NCBI GenBank assembly: GCA_017470115.1
Contig: JAFUEZ010000004.1
Coordinates: 76,891-140,890 of the forward strand
Source: Bacilli bacterium
Lineage (GTDB): Bacteria; Bacillota_I; Bacilli_A; RFN20; CAG-826
Length of the DNA: 64,000 nucleotides
Direction of reading: 5' to 3'
Shown in pieces: positions 17,570-28,221 of this stretch (its first letter is position 1; the number at the start of each line of letters is the position of its first letter). The translations under genes were made by a program, and so were the position numbers. The notes under the pieces are model-generated. The model worked only from the letters and a program-made list of their open reading frames with translations. It was not told the DNA's origin and did not search any database.

Positions 17570-19092
17570 ATGTTCATTAAAACTATTGTTCCTGCAATGA
17601 TTATCGCAACGATAATCCCTAAAATAATGGCGTTTCTGTGGGTTTTTTCATTAGAAATAGACTCATCTACGATTATCCCATCAACATATTCTCTTTCACT
17701 ATAAAACCATAATTTTTTAACAACAAGTATTCTCCAAACAACAAAGAAGGCACAAAGTAATACGCCAAGTCCAATCATTCCATAAGCTGAATAATAACTC
17801 ATTGAATATTCAAATGTTCCATATCTTAAAGGTTCTAACAATACACGAGTAAGTCCATACCAAATCAAATATAAACCTACTCCTGCACCAGGAGCGTGAT
17901 ATTTTCTTAGCCCTCTAATAAAGCCAAACCAAATAACTAAATATCCGGTGATATTCGTAATTGTTTCAATAAAAGCAAGTGGCAAATAAGCATTTCCTTC
18001 TGTTGCTTGAGTTGCGTATGAAAATTGATAATTGTTTTGAATGAAAGTTGGAAGGAAATTTAAAGATTCGAAAGGAATTAAATTTCCATGAACTTCACAA
18101 TTAAAGAAATTGCCAGTTCTTCCAATTCCTTGAGCAATTAAAATCGCAGGAACACAAATATCTACAATTCGTAAATAGCTTACATGACGATAAATTGGGT
18201 CTTTTTTCCAATATTTGAGTGCAAGCATCAAAGAAACACCTGCAATAATACCTAAAATTGCTCCACCCATAATGCCTAAACCACCATCTTGAATTCTAAA
18301 AATGTTGGTCCAATTAGAGCCATAATAACTTGAAGATGTTCCATTTGCACTTAAATCAAGCAAAACATACCAAATACGAGCTCCAATAATTCCAGCTGGA
18401 AAAGCTACATAGAAGCAAGTTGTTAATAAGCCGTGTTTTCCATAAAACTTATAACAATAATGATCACAAATTCCTAAAACAAGTAAGGCGCCACTTAAAA
18501 TAAAAATCGCATAAAAGGCAATCGTGATTCCTCCATCAAGTGATGAATCGTTATAAAATGGAGATGGATGAGTATAAGAATTAATAAATTTAATGCCATG
18601 TTTTCCTATATATAAAGAATTACATAGTGGGTATTGTAAATATGGGGCGTTTCCTTCTGACATCAAAATAAAAGAAATAACCATTAAAGGAATGGAGCCA
18701 TACATTACATATTTAAGAATCTTTTTGGCTTTATCACTTAAAACTTCTTTGAAATAAAATATATAAATAAAAGAAAGAAGGAAAGCGAGTACAAAAAGAA
18801 CAAACAAAATCAAAAAGAAATATGATAAGAATTGATGACCTGCATTAACTGTTATAGAGTTTGCATCTAAATAATTCTTTGTTGATTCAGATGTATAAAA
18901 AACTATTGTAAAAAGAATCAAAGAAATGAGAATTGGGGAGAAAAACCCTGCAAAACCCAAGGATTTTTTAAAAATTAGAGTTTTCTCATCAAGGTCTTTT
19001 TTGTTTTTATAAGCTTTATTTATAGCTAAATAAGTAGCAATCGCACCTCCTACAAATAGCGCCATTGCAATATAATAGAAAACCTCATTCAT
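17563..19092 (-). CDS. lgt: prolipoprotein diacylglyceryl transferase with ~185-aa N-terminal membrane extension
   Basis: GRTGNFFNCEVHG matches the Lgt signature GRxGNFxNxExxG. 509 aa against roughly 270-290 for typical Lgt. Confidence 0.85.
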   Translation of the reverse strand: MNEVFYYIAMALFVGGAIATYLAINKAYKNKKDLDEKTLIFKKSLGFAGFFSPILISLILFTIVFYTSESTKNYLDANSITVNAGHQFLSYFFLILFVLFVLAFLLSFIYIFYFKEVLSDKAKKILKYVMYGSIPLMVISFILMSEGNAPYLQYPLCNSLYIGKHGIKFINSYTHPSPFYNDSSLDGGITIAFYAIFILSGALLVLGICDHYCYKFYGKHGLLTTCFYVAFPAGIIGARIWYVLLDLSANGTSSSYYGSNWTNIFRIQDGGLGIMGGAILGIIAGVSLMLALKYWKKDPIYRHVSYLRIVDICVPAILIAQGIGRTGNFFNCEVHGNLIPFESLNFLPTFIQNNYQFSYATQATEGNAYLPLAFIETITNITGYLVIWFGFIRGLRKYHAPGAGVGLYLIWYGLTRVLLEPLRYGTFEYSMSYYSAYGMIGLGVLLCAFFVVWRILVVKKLWFYSEREYVDGIIVDESISNEKTHRNAIILGIIVAIIIAGTIVLMNIW

Positions 19093-21946
19093 TTAGGAAT
19101 TTCTCCTTTCTTGACTTGTCTTCTTCGAGTACACGTTTCAAATACTTTCCAGTATAACTTTCTTTAACTTTAACAATGTCTTCAGGTGTACCACAAGCAA
19201 TGATGTTACCGCCTTTATCACCGCCTTCAGGTCCTAAATCGATAATGTAATCAGCAATTTTAATAACATCTAAGTTGTGTTCAATTACAACGATTGTATC
19301 TCCATTATCAGCGATTCGTTGTAAAACTTCAATAAGTCGTTTGACGTCATCTGAATGAAGACCTGTAGTAGGTTCATCAAGAATAAATAATGTTTTGCCA
19401 GTAGCTTTTTTCTCAAGATAATATGCCAATTTAACTCTTTGAGCCTCTCCACCTGATAAAGTTGTAGCTGGTTGACCTACTTTAATATATCCTAAACCAA
19501 CATCAACAAGTGTCTTTAACTTTCTAGAAAGTTTTATGTGATCTTTAAAGAAATCATAAGCATCTTCGATTGTCATATCCAATACATCATGAATATTTTT
19601 GCCTTTATATGTGCACATTAAAGTTTCTTCGTTATATCTTTTACCATTACATTCATCACAAGTTACATAAACATCTGGTAAAAAGTTCATTGGAATTCTA
19701 GTAACACCAGCACCCCAACAATGTTCACATCTTCCACCGCTCACATTGAACGAGAATCTGCCTTTATCATAACCCCTAGATTTTGCTTCAACAGTTTGCG
19801 AGAAAATTTCACGAATATCATCGAATGCTTTTACATATGTTGCGGGATTAGATCTTGGTGTTCTTCCGATAGGCTCTTGAGAAATATTTATAACTTTATC
19901 AATGTTTTCTAAGCCTAAAAGTTCAGAATATTCTCCAACATCAAGATATTTGCCTTCCATTTTTTCCAAAATGGCATTATATAATGTATCGTTTATTAAA
20001 CTCGATTTGCCTGAACCTGAAACACCTGTTACACAAGTAAAAGTTCCAAGAGGAATTTTTGCTGTAACATTTTTAAGGTTATTTACTTTGCATCCAGTTA
20101 TTGTTAAAAATTTTCCATTTCCTTTTCTTCTTTGATATGGAACTGAGATAAATTTTCTTCCAGCCAAATAATCTCCGGTTAATGAATCTTTTGCATTCAT
20201 AATATCTTCCAAAGTTCCGGCCGCAACAACTTCTCCCCCGTGAACTCCTGCTCTTGGTCCAATATCAACAATATAATCTGCACTTCTAATTGTTTCTTCA
20301 TCGTGCTCAACAACAATAAGTGTATTTCCTAAATCTCTCATTTCTTTTAGAGATGAAATTAATCTTTCGGAATCTCTTTGATGCAAGCCAATTGATGGTT
20401 CATCTAAAACATATAAAACACCAGAAAGTTTTGATCCAATCTGTGTAGCAAGTCTAATACGTTGAGATTCTCCTCCTGATAATGTCATTGACATACGAGC
20501 AAGATTTAAATACTCTAATCCAACATCAATTAAGAACTTCGTTCTATTTTTAATTTCATTGATAACCATCGAAGCAATTGTTAATTGATATGGAGTTAAT
20601 TTAAAGCGTAATCCATCAATAAATTTATATAGATTTTCAAGACTCAAACAAGTAACTTCATAAATATTTAAGCCATCAACTTTGACACTTAAAACCTGAT
20701 CGTTGAGTCTTGCTCCGTGACATTTTGAGCATTCTTTATCTTTCATAAAGGATGCGTACCACTCACGTGTCCATTCGCTAGAAGTTTCTCGATATAATCT
20801 TTCTATTCTTGTTTTTGCGCCTTCAATAAATCCAGATCTCTTATTAACATTTCCGCTTGTTGATTTAAGCGTAATATCAAGAGGTTCTTTAGATCCATTT
20901 AAAATAATATCTTTATCTTTTTCTGATAAATCTTTAAATGGCTTATCACCATCAATGTGATAATAATTCATCAAAGCTTGGAATTGTTGCCAATCTAAAT
21001 TTTTGCTACCTACAATATTTTTATAAAAGAAGATTGCTCCTTCATTTATGGATAAATTTGGATCAGGTACTAAAAGATTAATATCAACTTCTTGAGTGAT
21101 TCCTAAACCTTCACAATTTGGACAATATCCTTGTGGAGAGTTAAACGAAAATAGCCTTGGTTCAAGTTTTGGAACAGTAAATCCACAAATAGGACATGAA
21201 TTATGCTCACTATAAAGAGTTTCGTTTTCTCCAACAACAACTAATACAAAACCATTTGCCCGTTCCGAAGCAATTTCAACAGCTTCATATACTCTAGAAC
21301 GACTATCTTCTTTTAAAGCAATTCTATCAATAACAATATCTATATTGTGTCTTTTGTTTTTATCAAGTGGTTGCAAGTCTTCAATTAAAGTCATTTCACC
21401 ATCAACTCTAAGTCTTGTAAAACCTGCTTTTTTAATCTTTTCGATGGTGTCTTTAAAGGTTCCTTTTTCACCTCTAACAATTGGAGAAAGTATCTGAATC
21501 TTTGAGTTTAGAGGGTTTTTTAATGCAAAATCAGTGATTTTTTGAATTGAAACAGCCTCAATCGGAATATTGTGATGAGGACAATATGGAACACCAACTC
21601 TAGCAAATAATAATCTCAAATAATCATAGATTTCTGTAACAGTTCCTACAGTTGATCTAGGATTATGTGAAACACTTTTTTGATCAATTGCGATGGCAGG
21701 AGAAAGTCCGACAATAGATTCAACATCTGGCTTTTCAAAATTTCCCAAAAATTGTCTAGCATAACTTGACAAACTCTCAACATATCTTCTTTGACCTTCA
21801 GCAAAAATCGTATCAAAAGCTAAAGTGGATTTCCCTGATCCAGAAACGCCAGTAAAAACTACCAACTTCTCTTTAGGAATTGATACACTAATATCTTTTA
21901 AGTTATTAACTTTTGCTCCGTTAACTATGATTTCATTTACTGCCAT
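19085..21946 (-). CDS. uvrA: excinuclease ABC subunit A
   Basis: Two GVSGSGKS(T/S) P-loops, two LSGGE signatures, CxxC zinc modules. ATG MAVNEI at 21946 is preferred. Ends with TGA and overlaps the lgt start. Confidence 0.97.
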   Translation of the reverse strand: MAVNEIIVNGAKVNNLKDISVSIPKEKLVVFTGVSGSGKSTLAFDTIFAEGQRRYVESLSSYARQFLGNFEKPDVESIVGLSPAIAIDQKSVSHNPRSTVGTVTEIYDYLRLLFARVGVPYCPHHNIPIEAVSIQKITDFALKNPLNSKIQILSPIVRGEKGTFKDTIEKIKKAGFTRLRVDGEMTLIEDLQPLDKNKRHNIDIVIDRIALKEDSRSRVYEAVEIASERANGFVLVVVGENETLYSEHNSCPICGFTVPKLEPRLFSFNSPQGYCPNCEGLGITQEVDINLLVPDPNLSINEGAIFFYKNIVGSKNLDWQQFQALMNYYHIDGDKPFKDLSEKDKDIILNGSKEPLDITLKSTSGNVNKRSGFIEGAKTRIERLYRETSSEWTREWYASFMKDKECSKCHGARLNDQVLSVKVDGLNIYEVTCLSLENLYKFIDGLRFKLTPYQLTIASMVINEIKNRTKFLIDVGLEYLNLARMSMTLSGGESQRIRLATQIGSKLSGVLYVLDEPSIGLHQRDSERLISSLKEMRDLGNTLIVVEHDEETIRSADYIVDIGPRAGVHGGEVVAAGTLEDIMNAKDSLTGDYLAGRKFISVPYQRRKGNGKFLTITGCKVNNLKNVTAKIPLGTFTCVTGVSGSGKSSLINDTLYNAILEKMEGKYLDVGEYSELLGLENIDKVINISQEPIGRTPRSNPATYVKAFDDIREIFSQTVEAKSRGYDKGRFSFNVSGGRCEHCWGAGVTRIPMNFLPDVYVTCDECNGKRYNEETLMCTYKGKNIHDVLDMTIEDAYDFFKDHIKLSRKLKTLVDVGLGYIKVGQPATTLSGGEAQRVKLAYYLEKKATGKTLFILDEPTTGLHSDDVKRLIEVLQRIADNGDTIVVIEHNLDVIKIADYIIDLGPEGGDKGGNIIACGTPEDIVKVKESYTGKYLKRVLEEDKSRKEKFLNE

Positions 21947-22019
21947 AGTTAAGATTATAAACATTAAACGAACTATTTAAAAGTTTTATGAATTCAAATA
22001 AACAAAAATTTTACGAGAT

Positions 22020-22041
22020 AAATATACATTAATGTATATTT
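22020..22041. promoter_or_regulatory. perfect 22-nt palindrome in the uvrA/typA divergent intergenic region
   Basis: AAATATACATTAATGTATATTT equals its own reverse complement. It overlaps -10-like hexamers. Confidence 0.3.
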
Positions 22042-22103
22042 TTATTTCATTTAATCGCCATTTATGATAACTTATTAAACGTGATTTTAAGGAGGGTTAG
22101 ACT

Positions 22104-23924
22104 ATGAAGATGAGAAATGTCGCAATTATTGCACACGTTGACCACGGAAAAACTACCTTAGTTAACCAACTTTTGAAATATAGTGGTACTTTTAGAGAAA
22201 ACGAAAAGCTTGAAGACAGAGCAATGGATAGCAACGATATTGAAAGAGAAAGAGGTATCACGATTTTAGCTAAAACTACAAGTATTCAATATAAAGATTA
22301 TAAAATTAATATTCTTGATACTCCTGGGCACGCTGATTTTGGTGGTGAAGTTGAAAGAATCATGCATATGGTTGATGGTTGTTTACTTCTTGTTGATGCT
22401 TTTGAAGGAACCATGCCTCAAACTCGTTTTGTTCTTAAAAAAGCAATTGAAGCAGGCGTCAAACCAGTTGTTGTTATCAATAAAATTGATAGACCAAACG
22501 CAAATTCAGATAAAGCAGTCGATGAAGTTTTAAATCTTTTTATCGAACTTGGTGCTCCAGATGAATTTTTAGATTTTAAAGTAGCTTATGCTTCTGCTTT
22601 AAACGGAACATCTTCTGCTACAGCCGATATAGAATCTCAAAAACCTGGAATGGATCCTATTTTTGATTTAATTATTTCTGAAATACCAGAACCAAAAGTC
22701 AATTTAGAAGGCCCCCTTCAATTACAAGCAGCCCTTTTAGATTACAACGATTATGTTGGAAGAATGGGTATTGGAAGAATTCAAAGAGGTACAATCAAAG
22801 TTGGTCAAACAGTAAGTTGTGCTAGACTTGATGGCACCGTTAAAAACTTCAAAATCCTCAAATTAATCGGATATTACGGACTTAAAAAGCAAGATATTGA
22901 AGAAGCCTCTGCTGGTGAAATTGTTGCTTTTGCTGGTCTTCCAGATATTAATATTGGTGAAACAATTTGTGACGTTGACGCTGTTGAACCACTTGAACCA
23001 CTACATATTGATGAGCCAACTCTTCAAATGACATTTGGTACAAATACATCTCCTTTATCAGGTAAAGATGGAAAACTCTTAACAGGTAGACAAATCGAAG
23101 AAAGATTACTCAAAGAAGCTCAAAGAGATGTTTCACTTAAAGTAAAAAGAGTTCAAAACGCAGAAAACTGGATTGTTTCAGGACGTGGCGAATTACATTT
23201 AGGCATCTTAATTGAAAATATGAGAAGAGAAGGCTTCGAAATCGAAGTATCTAGACCTCAAGTCATCATTAAAGAAATTGATGGTGTAAAACAAGAACCA
23301 TATGAAGATTTAAGTGTTGAAGTTCCTAACGATTATGTTGGAGATATCATGACATCTTTAGGATCTCGTGATGCAGAATTAATCGATATGACTTCAGATG
23401 ACTTAAATACAAAAATTAACTATGTAATCCCTTCTAGAGGTTTAATTGGCTTTGTTACAAATTTCTTAACATTAACAAAAGGTTATGGAATTATCGCACA
23501 TACTTTCAGAGAATATCGACCAATTGCTGGCGGAAAAATTGGTGAACGTCCAATTGGCGTCCTTGTTGCCACTCAATCAGGTCAATCCACTCCATATGCT
23601 ATTCAACACGTTGAAGAAAGAGGAACGATGTTCATCTATCCAGGTACTGAAGTTTATGAAGGTATGATTGTTGGTGAAAATAAATATGATATGGATTTAA
23701 GTGTCAATGTTTGTTTAACCAAAAACTTAACCAATCAACGTAGCGCAAATAAAGATCAAACTGTTGTCTTAAAGACACCAAGAAAAATGTCTCTTGAGGC
23801 TTGCTTAGATTACATTAACAGTGATGAACTTGTTGAAGTAACTCCAAACAATTTCAGAATGAGAAAGAGAATCTTAAACGACGCTGAAAGAAAAAAATGG
23901 GAAGCAAGAAACAAAACTAAATAA
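22104..23924 (+). CDS. typA: translational GTPase TypA/BipA
   Basis: AHVDHGKTT and DTPGHADF motifs, 606 aa. GGAGG SD 8 nt upstream. Confidence 0.95.
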   Translation: MKMRNVAIIAHVDHGKTTLVNQLLKYSGTFRENEKLEDRAMDSNDIERERGITILAKTTSIQYKDYKINILDTPGHADFGGEVERIMHMVDGCLLLVDAFEGTMPQTRFVLKKAIEAGVKPVVVINKIDRPNANSDKAVDEVLNLFIELGAPDEFLDFKVAYASALNGTSSATADIESQKPGMDPIFDLIISEIPEPKVNLEGPLQLQAALLDYNDYVGRMGIGRIQRGTIKVGQTVSCARLDGTVKNFKILKLIGYYGLKKQDIEEASAGEIVAFAGLPDINIGETICDVDAVEPLEPLHIDEPTLQMTFGTNTSPLSGKDGKLLTGRQIEERLLKEAQRDVSLKVKRVQNAENWIVSGRGELHLGILIENMRREGFEIEVSRPQVIIKEIDGVKQEPYEDLSVEVPNDYVGDIMTSLGSRDAELIDMTSDDLNTKINYVIPSRGLIGFVTNFLTLTKGYGIIAHTFREYRPIAGGKIGERPIGVLVATQSGQSTPYAIQHVEERGTMFIYPGTEVYEGMIVGENKYDMDLSVNVCLTKNLTNQRSANKDQTVVLKTPRKMSLEACLDYINSDELVEVTPNNFRMRKRILNDAERKKWEARNKTK

Positions 23925-23934
23925 CAAATTAAAG

Positions 23935-23966
23935 CCTGTCAAGTAAAAATACTTGACAGGTTTTTT
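23935..23966 (+). terminator. intrinsic terminator of typA
   Basis: CCTGTCAAGTA-aaaa-TACTTGACAGG followed by TTTTTT. Confidence 0.75.
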
Positions 23967-23971
23967 ACTAT

Positions 23972-23998
23972 AAAATATTGAAGATTTGCAGGGTTTTT
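23972..23998 (+). repeat. 27-nt intergenic repeat, copy d (22/27 to the copy at 60979)
   Basis: AAAATATTGAAGATTTGCAGGGTTTTT. Its 3' end overlaps the stop codon of the convergent ABC permease gene. Confidence 0.5.
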
Positions 23999-26756
23999 AT
24001 TCAACTGACTTTAAAGATTCAGCCATTTTAACTTTATTAATTCTTAATGCAACAACAATGTTTACAACTAAAGCTGTTAAGAACGAAATTAAGAAAGCAA
24101 GCACATAACTAATTATGAAAATTACATACTTCCAATAAATTAATTCGACTTGATTTATTCCAAGAACTAACATTTCCATTGGAAGTCCAAAGAATAATCC
24201 TATTGTAGCTCCAATTGTGGTTAACATCATTGTTTCATAAACAATACTTGAAGCAATTTCTTTTCTTGCAAAACCTAAAACTCTGAGTGTAGCAATTTCA
24301 CGTTTTCTTTCGTTGAAATTTAAAATCGAAATATTAATTAAGACAACAACAGCAAGAAGAATTGCAAAGACTTTAATCGTTCCAGTTAACATCCTTACAC
24401 TTGACATATAGCCTTCGATTCTATCGTTATTATCTTGTCTAGTTAAAATTGAGTATATTACTTCAGATTCATCTTCTAGTTTCTCTTTAAATTTACTTGC
24501 ATCAACTCCTTCTTTTAAGTTGCACCACATATTTGTTGAAGTTGAAGAATAATCTGGAAGGGTTTGGTAATAAATATAAATTCCATTTACTGAGAAAGCG
24601 AATAAAACAACATCGATTTCAAAAGTTTTAATCTCTCCATTAACACTGAATGTTAAAACATCTCCTGCTTTAACGCCTAATTTATTAGCTTTTTGCTCCG
24701 AAATTGCAATTTTATTATAATTCCAATGTCCGTTTTCAAGATCATCATCATAACCAAAGAATTTTGAATCAGCATCAAAATAATAAACGTTTGAGGAAAT
24801 AGTCATATTTTTAGAACTTATAGAAACCTGACTTAAAGTAAATTCTTCACATATATCTACTTCATCGTAACTCAAAAGCTCTTCTTTTCCTTTTCCTCTA
24901 CTAACTCCACTAGTTAAGGTAATCGTTAGATCGCTATTTAAATAATTCTTTAAATCCCAGTTTTTACCATTAACAATTGTATCATCAATTCCAAAGCCAC
25001 AAATCAATAAGGCCGTACATCCTAAAACACCAATTATAACCATGATTGATTTAGCTAAATGGACACGCATATTTCTTAAAGCCATCGCAAGTGAGACATG
25101 CTTAAATTTATGTTTAATTTGATTTGAATAATTAATATTTGGCGATGCTGGTCTCATTGATTCCGCCGCACTATTTGACAATTCTCTTCTTATTAATATA
25201 TATGTAAGAGTTGTAATTAAAGCGATTATTATAAATAGAACAATAGAAGCCATCAACCATGGGAAGCAGTACATTCTTGCAGGAATGTTATATAGAATTG
25301 TAAATTTAATGTCCATGATTGAAGGAATAAGCAAAGGACCAACAATAAAGCCGAATAGACAACCAAGAATTCCAATAAAATTCATCATTCCAAAGTAATA
25401 TGCTAGAATTTGTCCTTTATTAAAACCAAGAGCTTTTAATGTTCCAATTTGTGTTCTATCTCTTAAAATTAATTGAGATATTGTAGTAAGAACAATTAAG
25501 ACACCTACTATCATAAATATAACAGGGAAAACATAAGTAAGTTGTCTTGATTGGGTAATATCATTAACTATTGCTGCGATTGATCCATTACTTGATTGAG
25601 TCATAATGGCAAGTAAGTTATTATTGTCTTTTTTCTTATAATAAGAATTGATTTGATATTCGACTGTTTTTAAATCTAAATTTTTATCGATAATCATCGT
25701 AACTTGATTAAATAAATGACTAATTATTCTTTCTACACTTTCTGCCTCGCCATCATTGATTCTTAGTTTTAAATTAGTGAATAAAACACCAATAAGTGTA
25801 TCAACAGTTTGCCTATTATCGTCTTCATCAAACCAATCGATAATTCCTTGATAAAAATCAGTCGCTTCCTGTGTTTCTTGAGAATCCTTAATATCATTTA
25901 ATATATTTAATATCGATTCAGATGTTACTTTTGAATCGACTTTATCTAAAAGTGCTGAAACTAAAAGTCTTGTAGAAAGTAAGAAATTTGAAGAAACAAA
26001 CGTTCCATTATCAACATTTTCAGGGTGATGCATTATTCCATTTACCTTGAAATTAAATGTAAGATTTTCATCAGTAAATACTTCATCAAAAATTTCAGTT
26101 AAATTATCTTTTATAGCATCAATATTATTTTCTACAATTGTCGTAATGACAGTTTTTTCTGTTGGAGTTAATTCGTAATTTTCAGCAATATCATCAATAA
26201 ATGAATGAATCAAATCATCATCAATTTCAAAGCCTCCAAGCATGCCTTTAATAAGTGCGGGTTGGAAAGAAACTGGCAATTCATCGCCTAAATTTACACT
26301 TTTACCATTAATAAACTCATATTTTTCAATAACAGTGTTATCTACAAAGAAGAAATTCTTATCTTCATATCCATTACTTTTTATGTCATAAGCTGTATTG
26401 ATTTTAGGGAATTTATCACTTATTAGTGCTGTTGCGCTGCTTGAACCAACATTGCTTGGAACAAACATTCTTTTTTCTATACTTCCCTTTTCACCACTAA
26501 TACCATCTAAAAATTTCAAATCATTATCTAATTCATCTGTATTAGTAAAATCAGGATTTATCATTACCCATACATCGGCAATATTTCCTTGTTTAAAAAC
26601 TGAATCAACTCTTCTTTCAAATTCAATTGCGTTTGCATCGAGTCCAGCAAAAAGAGTAACGGAAATCCCGATAATGAAGATAATAGAGATAAATTGATGC
26701 CAGTTATGAAGGATATCTCTAATACATTTTTTAAATAAAACTTTAAAAGTTCTCAT
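23997..26756 (-). CDS. ABC transporter permease with two FtsX domains and large extracytoplasmic domains
   Basis: 919 aa with two TM-ECD-3TM modules. Immediately downstream of a MacB/LolD-type ATPase. Confidence 0.85.
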   Translation of the reverse strand: MRTFKVLFKKCIRDILHNWHQFISIIFIIGISVTLFAGLDANAIEFERRVDSVFKQGNIADVWVMINPDFTNTDELDNDLKFLDGISGEKGSIEKRMFVPSNVGSSSATALISDKFPKINTAYDIKSNGYEDKNFFFVDNTVIEKYEFINGKSVNLGDELPVSFQPALIKGMLGGFEIDDDLIHSFIDDIAENYELTPTEKTVITTIVENNIDAIKDNLTEIFDEVFTDENLTFNFKVNGIMHHPENVDNGTFVSSNFLLSTRLLVSALLDKVDSKVTSESILNILNDIKDSQETQEATDFYQGIIDWFDEDDNRQTVDTLIGVLFTNLKLRINDGEAESVERIISHLFNQVTMIIDKNLDLKTVEYQINSYYKKKDNNNLLAIMTQSSNGSIAAIVNDITQSRQLTYVFPVIFMIVGVLIVLTTISQLILRDRTQIGTLKALGFNKGQILAYYFGMMNFIGILGCLFGFIVGPLLIPSIMDIKFTILYNIPARMYCFPWLMASIVLFIIIALITTLTYILIRRELSNSAAESMRPASPNINYSNQIKHKFKHVSLAMALRNMRVHLAKSIMVIIGVLGCTALLICGFGIDDTIVNGKNWDLKNYLNSDLTITLTSGVSRGKGKEELLSYDEVDICEEFTLSQVSISSKNMTISSNVYYFDADSKFFGYDDDLENGHWNYNKIAISEQKANKLGVKAGDVLTFSVNGEIKTFEIDVVLFAFSVNGIYIYYQTLPDYSSTSTNMWCNLKEGVDASKFKEKLEDESEVIYSILTRQDNNDRIEGYMSSVRMLTGTIKVFAILLAVVVLINISILNFNERKREIATLRVLGFARKEIASSIVYETMMLTTIGATIGLFFGLPMEMLVLGINQVELIYWKYVIFIISYVLAFLISFLTALVVNIVVALRINKVKMAESLKSVE

Positions 26757-27473
26757 CTACCACTCAATTTCCTCAACTGATTTTGGTTTACTAATAACCT
26801 TATTTGATACAATTTTGCCATCTTGAATTTCTATGATTCTATTTGCGATGACAGTCAATGCTCTATTATGCGTAACAACGATAACCGTCTTGTTTTCTTC
26901 TTTTGAAACCTTGTATAAAAGTTTCATGATTTGAGCTCCGGTTTTTGAATCAAGTGCGCCAGTTGGCTCATCACAAAGTAGTAAAGTAGGATTTTTAACT
27001 AAAGCTCTCGCAATAGCAACACGTTGTTGTTCTCCACCTGATAATTGAGCAGGAAAGTTATTTTCTCTATTTTTAAGACCGACAAGTTCTAACATTTTTG
27101 AAGGATCATAATGTTTTGAAACAAGTGAAGAAGCTAAATAAACGTTTTCATATGCATTAAGTGAAGGAACGAGATTATAAAATTGGAAGACAAATCCAAT
27201 TTCACTACGTCTAAATTTAGCTAAGTCAGTTTCATTAAGTTTTGTTACATCAATTCCATTAATTATGTATTCCCCAGAGGTTGCTTTGTCCATTCCACCT
27301 AAAATGTTTAAAAGTGTTGATTTTCCAGCACCACTTGGACCTAATATAAAAACTAACTCACCTTTATTAATTGAAAAAGTTGCATCAGAAAGAGCTACGA
27401 TTTCTGCTTCTTTCTTTTGGGCGTTACCATAGATTTTGCTTATACCAGTAAGTCTAATTTGTTCTTCTGCCAT
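26757..27473 (-). CDS. ABC transporter ATP-binding protein (MacB/LolD type)
   Basis: [28 protein letters not shown] and VTHN motifs. Confidence 0.93.
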   Translation of the reverse strand: MAEEQIRLTGISKIYGNAQKKEAEIVALSDATFSINKGELVFILGPSGAGKSTLLNILGGMDKATSGEYIINGIDVTKLNETDLAKFRRSEIGFVFQFYNLVPSLNAYENVYLASSLVSKHYDPSKMLELVGLKNRENNFPAQLSGGEQQRVAIARALVKNPTLLLCDEPTGALDSKTGAQIMKLLYKVSKEENKTVIVVTHNRALTVIANRIIEIQDGKIVSNKVISKPKSVEEIEW

Positions 27474-27514
27474 AACAACTCCTCCTTCACCTAAATAATG
27501 ACAATATTATATAT

Positions 27515-27550
27515 ATAAAAAATGTTCTTTTAAAATAAAAAGAACATTTA
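27515..27550 (-). terminator. intrinsic terminator
   Basis: AATGTTCTTT-loop-AAAGAACATT. U-run on the minus-strand transcript. Confidence 0.55.
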
Positions 27551-27573
27551 ATTTAAGTTTTTAGTTAATTTAA

Positions 27574-28221
27574 TTATGAATTTTTAACAAATTCATAGAA
27601 TTCTTCGTATGAATTAACAATTGGTGCCTCTACTTGTTTTAAAGTTTTAAGACTGTTATGACCTTGTGAGAACAAAACAGGCTTAAGCCCAATTTCAACA
27701 GCAACTTCATAATCATGGATACAATCGCCTATCATAATCGATTCTTTTGGATCAAGATTATTTTCCTTTATAAAGTCTCTTCCATATTCGATTTTTCCAC
27801 CAGCATGAATATCATCGCAAGCAGCAAATCCATCAAAAAAGCCTGCAATTCCCAAATATTTTAGTTGTTCTATGAGAAGTTTTCTTTCCGTTGCTGTTAA
27901 TATAAATAATTTATAGCCATCATTTTTTAGCTTTTCTAAACACTCGACTAAGCCATCGTGCAATTTACTTTCAGCTTGTTGGCGCTTAGTATATTCACTA
28001 AAAAAATATTTTGCAAGGCGATCATAATTACCTTCAGTATCAACATCAAATCCAACTTTTCTATAATATTCTTTTACAGGAAATGAGAAATTGTCTTTAT
28101 AAAAATCTATAGATATTTGTGGTAACCCTTCCATTTCAAACATTTCACTTTCAATCTCAAAACAAACTTGAAGATCATCAAGAATTGTTCCATTAAAATC
28201 GAAAAAAATGTTTCTTATCAT
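27574..28221 (-). CDS. HAD-IA hydrolase (phosphoglycolate phosphatase-like)
   Basis: IFFDFNGTILDD and GDCIHD motifs. Confidence 0.8.
   Translation of the reverse strand: MIRNIFFDFNGTILDDLQVCFEIESEMFEMEGLPQISIDFYKDNFSFPVKEYYRKVGFDVDTEGNYDRLAKYFFSEYTKRQQAESKLHDGLVECLEKLKNDGYKLFILTATERKLLIEQLKYLGIAGFFDGFAACDDIHAGGKIEYGRDFIKENNLDPKESIMIGDCIHDYEVAVEIGLKPVLFSQGHNSLKTLKQVEAPIVNSYEEFYEFVKNS

Noticed and set aside
21965-21985. LexA (Cheo) SOS box upstream of uvrA.
   Set aside because: Only a single CGAAC half-site is present (21968-21972), and no GTTCG lies 4 nt away. It does not match CGAAC-N4-GTTCG.
27474-27514. Resemblance of the ABC ATPase leader (TTATTTAGGTGAAGGAGGAGTT) to the 70-nt duplicated leader (TATATTTAGTGAAGGGAGTT).
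   Set aside because: The similarity is limited to the SD and its immediate context. It has no upstream anti-SD arm and no conserved TCGGAAAAAATACC segment, so I treat it as ordinary RBS similarity.
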